From a virus: a stretch of 51,231 nt of DNA. The notes beneath the pieces were generated by a model. The model saw nothing but the letters and a program-made list of their open reading frames with translations. It had not been told where the DNA came from and did no database searches. Where the stretch lies: IMG/VR virus record IMGVR_UViG_3300045988_044272, one strand, 5' to 3'. Within the stretch, counting starts at the first letter, position 1. Each line of letters opens with the position of its first letter. Positions 1 through 6,320 of the stretch are shown in pieces. A program made the position numbers and the translations under genes.

Positions 1-16
1 CCTGTCTCTCCGCAAT

Positions 17-37
17 AAACCTTGAAAATCAAGGTTT
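17..37. promoter_or_regulatory. Perfect palindrome AAACCTTGA-AAA-TCAAGGTTT (also at 51149..51169); candidate attP core-type site or hairpin
   Basis: 9-bp inverted arms seen in the sequence. It can also be read as AACCTT / 7-nt spacer / AAGGTT. It lies between the integrase-proximal arm repeats and the end of the lysis operon. Confidence 0.3.
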
Positions 38-47
38 TATGAAATAA

Positions 48-67
48 GTACACGAATTTGTACACGA
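48..67 (+). repeat. Two direct GTACACGA copies (48..55, 60..67; same as 51180..51199); candidate integrase arm-type sites
   Basis: gtacacgaatttgtacacga. Same octamer and orientation as three further copies at 50967..51014. Confidence 0.4.
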
Positions 68-91
68 AAGCCCCAATATTGGGGCTTTTTT
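67..91 (+). terminator. Intrinsic-terminator-like hairpin plus T-run (plus strand; copy at 51199..51223)
   Basis: aaagcccc aatatt ggggcttt followed by tttt. It lies downstream of the plus-strand integrase operon across the circular junction. Confidence 0.5.
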
Positions 92-122
92 CATATCCAT
101 ACGTTATGAGTAAGCACTCCGA

Positions 123-152
123 TATAAAAGAAGCCCGGCAAAACCGGGCTTC
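123..152 (-). terminator. Intrinsic-terminator-like hairpin for the minus-strand late/lysis operon
   Basis: The minus strand reads gaagcccgg-ttttg-ccgggcttc followed by ttttat: 9-bp stem, 5-nt loop. It lies 63 nt past the stop of CDS 215..838. Confidence 0.55.
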
Positions 153-214
153 AACATTGTACCCGGCGCAACTCCGGGCTTTCGCAACAATGTGGATGCA
201 AAATTAGCAAAAAA

Positions 215-838
215 TCAAAGGATTTTCAAAATACCCGAAAGAATCTTTTTTATCCAATTGATAATTGGCACGCGTTTAAGGTAAAGCAATGCAGCCACAC
301 CGATTAAAGCAATATAAAAGATGTATCGCCATCGGTATGGGTCGGGGGTCGGTTCCTGCTGCTTTTCCGTGTTTGTTTCATTCTTCAACACGGTGGCGGC
401 ATTTTCAGATTCTTTGCTTTCGCTCGATTCCTTGCTTTCTCCCTTTTGCTCAACATCGGTTTCAATCACCGTTTGTTTTATGGACTTGACCACGCCTTGC
501 ACCTTACCGATATTGTCCAAATCAACACTTGCCGTTGGCTTGGGTGTCGGTTGTGGTTCGGTTGGCTTTGGTTCGTCTGCAACCTTTTTACCCGAATCCT
601 TGGCAAGTTCGCCTTGCGGCTGCTCGATTGTGGTTGGCGGGTAAAACTCAATTTCGGTGATTGTAACTTTTCCATGTTCCGTCCGGGTCGTGTCCACAAC
701 TTTTTCGGTCTGCTCTGTTACTTCCTTGACAACTGCCGTGCTGTCAAGTTGCGATTCCTTGGCTTTTGTCGCCTTTCGTGTCGCGCTGCATGAAGCAAGC
801 AACACAAGCCCCAACACAAGTGCTAAAACCTTTTTCAT
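215..838 (-). CDS. Lipoprotein with C-terminal TM anchor; candidate unimolecular spanin
   Basis: N-terminal signal with lipobox (MKKVLALVLGLVLLASC), a Pro/Glu/Thr/Lys-rich linker and a single C-terminal TM helix (YIFYIALIGVAALLYL). It lies immediately downstream of the endolysin. The topology matches u-spanins of the T1 gp11 type. Confidence 0.45.
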   Translation of the reverse strand: MKKVLALVLGLVLLASCSATRKATKAKESQLDSTAVVKEVTEQTEKVVDTTRTEHGKVTITEIEFYPPTTIEQPQGELAKDSGKKVADEPKPTEPQPTPKPTASVDLDNIGKVQGVVKSIKQTVIETDVEQKGESKESSESKESENAATVLKNETNTEKQQEPTPDPYRWRYIFYIALIGVAALLYLKRVPIINWIKKILSGILKIL

Positions 839-841
839 ACA

Positions 842-1420
842 TCAAATGTTTTTAATGTCATTCAATCGGTTCAACCAGCCTTTCAAGAAACGCTTGTTGG
901 TGTGCTTCATCAACTCGCTTTCGGTCGCCTTGCGCCCGATTTTCTTTTCATATTTGGCAATGCTTGTCCGGGTTATGTCATTGAAGAAATCAACACGTGC
1001 TTGGAATATCGCTTCAAACAATTGGTCGGGGTCTGCAAAATTCACCGCCGACAATGTTTTGTTTCCGACAATGCCATCATCTTTGACACCAAGCAATCTT
1101 TGGGGTATGACAATGCCGTGTTTGCCCGAACCCCAAACCCAATCGACCAAGATGTTTGCTACCTTTTGCGATTGTATTTGGTCGGCTTTCCACCTATCCC
1201 AATAATGCGGTTTCAATACCCGGTTCTTCACGTCCGTATCTGTAAGCAATTTCAAGTCCTTAACGTCAATATCCTTGTCGCCGTCCTTGTCATAACCTAC
1301 ATTTCGCCAAGTCGCGATTGTAACACCTTTGTTTGTTGCGCCCCCTGCATCTGCCGGGTCATTCACAAAACCGCCCTCCCATTTCAGGATGAACGGCAAT
1401 AATATATCAATGTTTGCCAT
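842..1420 (-). CDS. Endolysin, GH108 lysozyme domain plus PG_binding_3-like domain
   Basis: [24 protein letters not shown] matches the GH108 EGG..DP.D.GG.T..G motif. C-terminal [19 protein letters not shown] is peptidoglycan-binding-like. Confidence 0.85.
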   Translation of the reverse strand: MANIDILLPFILKWEGGFVNDPADAGGATNKGVTIATWRNVGYDKDGDKDIDVKDLKLLTDTDVKNRVLKPHYWDRWKADQIQSQKVANILVDWVWGSGKHGIVIPQRLLGVKDDGIVGNKTLSAVNFADPDQLFEAIFQARVDFFNDITRTSIAKYEKKIGRKATESELMKHTNKRFLKGWLNRLNDIKNI

Positions 1421-2114
1421 CTACCTTAGATAATAATGTTGCTATTTGAATACCACTACAACGTATGTTCTTTCCTACAAGCTGCTTATCCATGCTTTTT
1501 TCACCGCAAAAAGAGAATCCCAATATGCCAATCGGCTTTTCACCGTCAAACAAAGTGAGCAATGCGATTTCGTTTATATTGTTTGACTTCATCTTGTAGT
1601 ACAACCGTTCATCAATTTCTTTAACCTTGTCAATGCCGCCATAAAAGAAACCGTCCTCTAAAACCCTTACAATCAACTTGTATTTTGACAAGCTGAAATC
1701 GGAATAATCTTCATCAACATTCATAATACCATCCCGGACTTCTTCGATTCTCATTGAGCCGAACAAGAACGGCAACCCGGTTGCAAGGTTTTTACTGCCA
1801 TTATGAAATTCGATAAGCCAAGTTCTGTCGGCATTTGCCGTGAATATTGCCTTTGACAAAATCCGCCGAATCTGTGAATCCGCTTCCAACCTTGAAGATA
1901 CCAACTTGTCGTGCTGCTCTGTCTGTATATTAGTAACACGTTCAATCAAGTATTTGGGATTCAATGCGAAGAAAACGACATAACCAGCCACAAGCAAGAT
2001 AAACAAGCCTTTCAGGATGGAAAAGAATCCGTATTTCTTTTGCAGATTGAGCAACTTTTGAAGCCACCCAATCCCTTTGTCCAACTGTTCCATAATCAAG
2101 TGAATTGAAAACAT
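1407..2114 (-). CDS. Membrane-anchored protein, possible holin/lysis regulator (function unknown)
   Basis: One N-terminal TM helix ([22 protein letters not shown]). Overlaps the endolysin start by 14 nt. The lysis role rests on position only. Confidence 0.3.
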   Translation of the reverse strand: MFSIHLIMEQLDKGIGWLQKLLNLQKKYGFFSILKGLFILLVAGYVVFFALNPKYLIERVTNIQTEQHDKLVSSRLEADSQIRRILSKAIFTANADRTWLIEFHNGSKNLATGLPFLFGSMRIEEVRDGIMNVDEDYSDFSLSKYKLIVRVLEDGFFYGGIDKVKEIDERLYYKMKSNNINEIALLTLFDGEKPIGILGFSFCGEKSMDKQLVGKNIRCSGIQIATLLSKVDGKH

Positions 2115-2512
2115 TTCCCGACCTTGACAATCGTTGTGTCCATTGGGTACAATTGCAACGGTGGCAAGCCTTGTTCACTCCTTTTCTTGTTCACAACGGG
2201 CAAGTTGCTTTCGGCTTTCTGAATTGCCGAAATCAAAATGTCCGACCTGGTAAAACAAGAACGTCTTTCCCCAATGGGTGTCCCGTCGGGGTTCTTTGTG
2301 TAGCAATCACCGTCTTTGTCGGATGATTCATTGAAAGTCGCAAGCACCACTTGCATTTGCATTCTCAACCCGGACGCATTCTTTCCCGGATATTTGGTTG
2401 GCTGAATGATTGTCTTTTCAATCAGGATTCGGCGACCGAATAAATCTTCAATTTCGATTCCTTTGCCAATCACCACGTCCGATTCAATCCCAAGTTCACA
2501 AAATTTTGCCAT
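2096..2512 (-). CDS. Hypothetical protein
   Basis: 138-aa ORF, co-oriented and tightly packed between the RT-proximal ORF and the lysis genes. No motif recognised. Confidence 0.5.
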   Translation of the reverse strand: MAKFCELGIESDVVIGKGIEIEDLFGRRILIEKTIIQPTKYPGKNASGLRMQMQVVLATFNESSDKDGDCYTKNPDGTPIGERRSCFTRSDILISAIQKAESNLPVVNKKRSEQGLPPLQLYPMDTTIVKVGKCFQFT

Positions 2513-2531
2513 TGGTCTTTAATGTTTAATT

Positions 2532-2912
2532 TTACAATGTGTTTAACAATAATGCGTTCAAATCTTCCGTAAACTGCAAGTATTCCTTGTATTCGGCAAC
2601 CGCATTATCATTGACTGAAACGCCAAGGATATGTTTGTTGTAAGAGTTTACAAGGTCAAATTCTGCCGTTTCGTCAAGAACGGAACGAATGATTACCCTT
2701 TTTAAGTTCGCCTTTGTCGGCTTGTCGAATGTGCGCACTTCATAACACTTCCAACCGACTTGAACTTCTTTTTCCTTACCTTCAGGAATGCCCGTTTCGG
2801 GTTCAATGTTGAAACGGAACAAGAAAGAACCGTCGTTGTCCTTTTCCAAAACGGCGGGTTTGCCATGCGCCATGTCATAATGCGCATTTGCTTCGATTGA
2901 ATTTAATTTCAT
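2532..2912 (-). CDS. Hypothetical protein downstream of the DGR RT (not Avd-like)
   Basis: 126-aa ORF overlapping the RT 3' end by 38 nt. Acidic with mixed predicted structure, unlike helical basic Avd. Confidence 0.5.
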   Translation of the reverse strand: MKLNSIEANAHYDMAHGKPAVLEKDNDGSFLFRFNIEPETGIPEGKEKEVQVGWKCYEVRTFDKPTKANLKRVIIRSVLDETAEFDLVNSYNKHILGVSVNDNAVAEYKEYLQFTEDLNALLLNTL

Positions 2913-3900
2913 ACGGGAATGTTTTTGAAAGTTTCTTCATTAAATTGATTGAATTACAGTATTTACACCATCCCCACCAACTGCATATCTGTTGTTTGTA
3001 CACCTCTTTTGTCGGGGCAATCTTGCGTTTGTTCAACTTTGCCACCCGGCGACAAAGTTTCTGCTTGATTGATTTCCGCAAAACGGTGTGAGAATGGTAA
3101 AATACATAGCCCAAGAAGTCAATCCCCCTTGAATCAACGGGAAAGACTTGGTAATTGCGTTTGACTTTAAGTTTCAAGCCACGCAAGTAAGCCCGGATTT
3201 CGTGCAACAATCCGTGCAAAATATCCTTGTTGTGTGCAAGAATCACAATATCATCGGCATAACGCCAATAATACTTCACCCTCTTTTCCTCTTTCAACCA
3301 ATGGTCAAAATATGCCAAGAAAAGGTTGGCAAAGTATTGGGAAAGATAATTGCCGATTGGCACACCCTCAACGGAATCTATAATTTCATCAAGCAATGCC
3401 AAAAGGCGGTTATCTTTTATTTTGCGCCTGACCACCTGTTTCAACAACTCATGGTCAATGGATGGGTAAAACTTGCGGACATCTATTTTAAGGCAATACC
3501 GCGTGCCATCCGGGTCTTGCTTCAATGCGTGCCTTAAATCCTTGGCGCATTTATGGATTCCACGGTTCTTGATACAAGAATAAGTGTTCTTGTTGAACAA
3601 TGATACCCAAATGGGTTCAAGCACGTTCATTATCGCGTGGTGCAAGATTCGGTCGGGATAATATGGCAACCGATAAATAAGACGTTCCTTGGGTTCGTAA
3701 ATCGTGAAAATGTGATACTTGGATGTTTTGAACGTACCGTTTTTCAAACTTTCGTGCAATGCAAGTAAATTGGCATCACGGTTTTTGTCGTGAATCATAA
3801 CACCATAAGAACGCAACTTACCTTTCCTCGCTTTTTCATCTGCAAGGCGCAAGTTTTCAAGTGAAATCACACGTTCATATAAATTTCCAATTCGTTTCAT
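2875..3900 (-). CDS. DGR-type reverse transcriptase
   Basis: RT motifs include PIGNYLSQYFANLFL (the DGR-specific I/LGxxxSQ) and RYADDIVIL (YxDD). It is adjacent to the TR/VR pair. The ORF track begins at 3918, but MKRIGNLYE at 3900 is the more plausible start. Confidence 0.9.
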   Translation of the reverse strand: MKRIGNLYERVISLENLRLADEKARKGKLRSYGVMIHDKNRDANLLALHESLKNGTFKTSKYHIFTIYEPKERLIYRLPYYPDRILHHAIMNVLEPIWVSLFNKNTYSCIKNRGIHKCAKDLRHALKQDPDGTRYCLKIDVRKFYPSIDHELLKQVVRRKIKDNRLLALLDEIIDSVEGVPIGNYLSQYFANLFLAYFDHWLKEEKRVKYYWRYADDIVILAHNKDILHGLLHEIRAYLRGLKLKVKRNYQVFPVDSRGIDFLGYVFYHSHTVLRKSIKQKLCRRVAKLNKRKIAPTKEVYKQQICSWWGWCKYCNSINLMKKLSKTFPYEIKFNRSKCAL

Positions 3901-4184
3901 TGTTTTACAATAACACAAGTTTGCTTGTATATTAGGATTCTTCGGGTGTTATCCCTACCAAAACCGTTTTACCTATTTCATTTTTTGCCGTTGGATTGCT
4001 CCAACTCATTCAACCCCGGTCGGGTCGTTTTTGTGGCAAGGTTTCCGATATGCAACTATATTTTTTACAAGCATAGCTGAGAACCGATATTCGCATTCGC
4101 ATTCGTAGCCGTATTATTCGTATTCGCATACACGAACCCTGCATTCGCACCATTATTCGCATTACCGCTGAACAAAACGCCACG
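3901..4184 (-). ncRNA. Putative DGR template RNA (TR plus 168-nt spacer leading into the RT gene)
   Basis: TR 4184->4069 is followed by non-coding spacer 4068->3901 directly upstream of the RT. In characterised DGRs the TR-spacer transcript is template and primer. Confidence 0.55.
4069..4184 (-). repeat. DGR template repeat (TR), 116 nt
   Basis: In frame it reads RGVLFSGNANNGANAGFVYANTNNTATNANANIGSQLC, with ten AAT codons and 29 adenines. It matches VR1 and VR2 except at adenines. Confidence 0.9.
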
Positions 4185-4234
4185 ACATCGGACAACCTTT
4201 TATTTCAAAACTTCAAAATCACATTTTATTCCGG

Positions 4235-5569
4235 CTATCTTGTTGAAGCCGTTTCGATTTGCTCGATTTGCGGGAAAAAGCAAAGCCGAGAACCGAAAGC
4301 CGCATTCGCATTCGCAGCCGCATGATTCGAAGACGCAGACACGAACCCCGCAGACGCACCAGTAAGCGCATGACCGCCGAACAAAACGCCACGTTCAGAA
4401 ACTCCACTTGCCGGAATGCTTGTGTAGAAGTAATCACAAAAATACGTTGTAGAACCCGCACCGACTTCAAGGGGCATAATCTCGCCATGTTCACCAAGGA
4501 TAAGTTTCTTCACATAACCCTCCCGTCTTGGCAAGTTACCACGTAATTGATAATTAGCAACTCCCGAACTTGTGAAATGCGTGGGGTCGTCACAAACGTA
4601 AAATTCAGACAACCCGCCATCTGCTTCCGATTGAATCAAGCATTTGCAAGCATCCGTCCATTTCCACAAATGCCCAAAAGGATTTTCAACGCCTCGATAA
4701 GATGGAACATTCACTTTGAATGGAACTGCATCATATTCCGTTGGCATTGTATATTCAACAACCCCTGTGTGATTGCCAAGGCTGTTTGTTGTACCACAAG
4801 GAATCACCGGGTAATATCCATTAAAATTGCTCCACTTCGTGCCATTCAATGTTGTAACACCCGCACTTAATCCGCCTTGGTGATAACCACTTTCATCAAG
4901 TTCGGCATTAAACGCATCTTGTGAATTGAATGTGCAATATTCAACAGCGAACAACCACCATAACTTGCGGTGTGTATGATACAAGTTGCAATTCCATTCG
5001 GTTGTACCACGCTTGCGGGCATACGCACGGAAATTAGTTAATGATATTGCCGTTGCGGGCATACCAAGTTGTGTCTTGGCTGTTCCATCACGTGAAGCAT
5101 CATTATTTCCACCGCGGTAATCCGCATCCATAGAATAAACAGCGGCAAGTTTGCTTGTTGAGCGTTGCACGGTCGCTTCCACGGCTGAAACATAGTCTTT
5201 GCGCCAAAGATGAAAACCGGGCAATGGTTGTGTTGATTGTAAATGCCGACATTTGTTGCCGTCCATTTCAAAACGTACATACATATTAGGTAGTTCAACC
5301 ATATATTGTCCGTCCTTGCCCGTCAAATCTGCCGCCGCGCCGTTATCACGTTTGGTTGAATCATTTGCGTGCAAATAATAATTTACCTTGCCATCATCTT
5401 TCAAGATGCAACGGCGCATCAATGATTGCAACGGCAATTCCTTGTGCAATTCCATCTTGCCTATTCGTGTCGGCTTTGGATTTGAAACGGTAATGTCCCA
5501 TTCAATGCCGTAATAATAATCATAGGCGAATTGTGGCTTCGTGCCACCTACTCCGATAAGTAAACCCAT
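4235..5569 (-). CDS. DGR target 1: tail-module variable protein with C-type-lectin/FGE-sulfatase-like C-terminus
   Basis: VR1 forms the last ~39 codons before the tail ...GVLFGGHALTGASAGFVSASSNHAAANANAAFGSRLCF. ENPFGHLWKWTD resembles the GNVWEW motif of FGE/CLec folds. It lies after the tail fibre genes. Confidence 0.85.
   Translation of the reverse strand: MGLLIGVGGTKPQFAYDYYYGIEWDITVSNPKPTRIGKMELHKELPLQSLMRRCILKDDGKVNYYLHANDSTKRDNGAAADLTGKDGQYMVELPNMYVRFEMDGNKCRHLQSTQPLPGFHLWRKDYVSAVEATVQRSTSKLAAVYSMDADYRGGNNDASRDGTAKTQLGMPATAISLTNFRAYARKRGTTEWNCNLYHTHRKLWWLFAVEYCTFNSQDAFNAELDESGYHQGGLSAGVTTLNGTKWSNFNGYYPVIPCGTTNSLGNHTGVVEYTMPTEYDAVPFKVNVPSYRGVENPFGHLWKWTDACKCLIQSEADGGLSEFYVCDDPTHFTSSGVANYQLRGNLPRREGYVKKLILGEHGEIMPLEVGAGSTTYFCDYFYTSIPASGVSERGVLFGGHALTGASAGFVSASSNHAAANANAAFGSRLCFFPQIEQIETASTR
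4278..4393 (-). repeat. DGR variable repeat 1 (VR1)
   Basis: Hand alignment to TR (offset 209, ungapped) gives 20 mismatches. All are at TR coding-strand adenines; none occur at the 87 other positions. Confidence 0.9.
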
Positions 5570-5570
5570 A

Positions 5571-5846
5571 TCAATAGCCCCATTTTAAGTTAATACCTGA
5601 CAATGATGTTTGCTTCACCGTCTTTACTATTTCGGGATTCCAACCGCATTCAAATTGCGTTTCTATGAAATCGCCATCACTCATCCCGGCAAGCTGCACC
5701 GATAACAACACGGGCTGCGTGCCGTCATTTTTGATGTTGAAACTTTGACCGTCCGGCAATGAAAAGTTCTTCATTGTCAATTGGTCAATGATTCCCATCT
5801 TTCCTATTTGGGCGGAAACGTGTTCGCCGCTTCTTGTTTCATTCAT
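5571..5846 (-). CDS. Hypothetical protein (tail-fibre region)
   Basis: 91-aa ORF ending 1 nt before the DGR target start. No motif recognised. Confidence 0.5.
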   Translation of the reverse strand: MNETRSGEHVSAQIGKMGIIDQLTMKNFSLPDGQSFNIKNDGTQPVLLSVQLAGMSDGDFIETQFECGWNPEIVKTVKQTSLSGINLKWGY

Positions 5847-5922
5847 AATTGAAAGATTTTTGATACAAATTTACGTCTTTAATGTATTACTATAACACAA
5901 AGTGGATAAGTGAAGAATAACT

Positions 5923-6318
5923 TTATGCCAACAAGGATTCAAGATGGTTGATTTCATCCCGTATGGATTGCCTTTCAGTGTGCAATTCTTGTATGTCATA
6001 AGGTAATGTCTTACCCACCAACGAACATTCATAACACTTCGTAACCCTGTAATCAGATTCCGAAAGTTGTTGCTTCAATTCGTTTATTTGTGTCTTTATG
6101 GCTTCGGGGTCGGTCTTGATTTCCCAAAATTGCACCACTTTGCCATCAATTATTTTACATGAATCAACTGCAATTTGCCCGGATTTAACTTGCGGTTGTT
6201 CACTCTTGACAAATTCAAGGAACCCGGATTCCCTTAATTCTGTCATTCTTGAACCGTTGAGTGGTGAACAAAATATCACATCAACCATTCCATTATCTTG
6301 TATTTTTGCTAATTCCAT
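5923..6318 (-). CDS. Hypothetical protein (possible tail fibre accessory)
   Basis: 131-aa ORF directly after the 1319-aa tail protein, with a C-terminal coiled-coil-like stretch. Assignment rests on position only. Confidence 0.45.
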   Translation of the reverse strand: MELAKIQDNGMVDVIFCSPLNGSRMTELRESGFLEFVKSEQPQVKSGQIAVDSCKIIDGKVVQFWEIKTDPEAIKTQINELKQQLSESDYRVTKCYECSLVGKTLPYDIQELHTERQSIRDEINHLESLLA

Positions 6319-6320
6319 AA

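Larger units (their letters stand above)
1..99. repeat. Terminal direct repeat, copy 1 (identical to 51133..51231)
   Basis: Read directly: cctgtctctccgcaataaaccttgaaaatcaaggtt...ggggcttttttcatatcca occurs at both window ends. Confidence 0.95.

Noticed and set aside
1-99. The 99-bp end repeats interpreted as attL/attR of an integrated prophage
   Set aside because: The window begins and ends exactly at the repeat with no host flanking sequence. The repeat lies inside a coherent attP-like region. Circular-assembly overlap, or a short terminal redundancy, is the simpler reading.
190-207. Five-codon ORF (MWMQN) behind a perfect TCGCAACAATG leader
   Set aside because: It is too short to call as a gene. 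It is recorded only as a copy of the leader motif.
2532-2912. The ORF downstream of the RT as the DGR accessory protein Avd
   Set aside because: The sequence is acidic and not obviously an all-helical basic bundle. The position, 3' of the RT, is also atypical. It is kept as hypothetical.
2875-3900. The RT interpreted as a retron or group II intron reverse transcriptase
   Set aside because: There is no msr/msd-like structure and no intron ribozyme, maturase or endonuclease domains. Presence of the I/LGxxxSQ motif and an adjacent TR with adenine-specific VR mismatches identifies it as a DGR RT.
4010-4546. ORF-track entries 4010..4195(-), 4219..4497(-) and 4259..4546(+), with Arg/Met-rich translations (RMRMR, RIRIRSR)
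   Set aside because: They are alternative-frame or antisense readings of the AAT/GCG-rich TR and VR1 repeats. TR lies outside any convincing gene, and VR1 is read in the frame of the 444-aa target.
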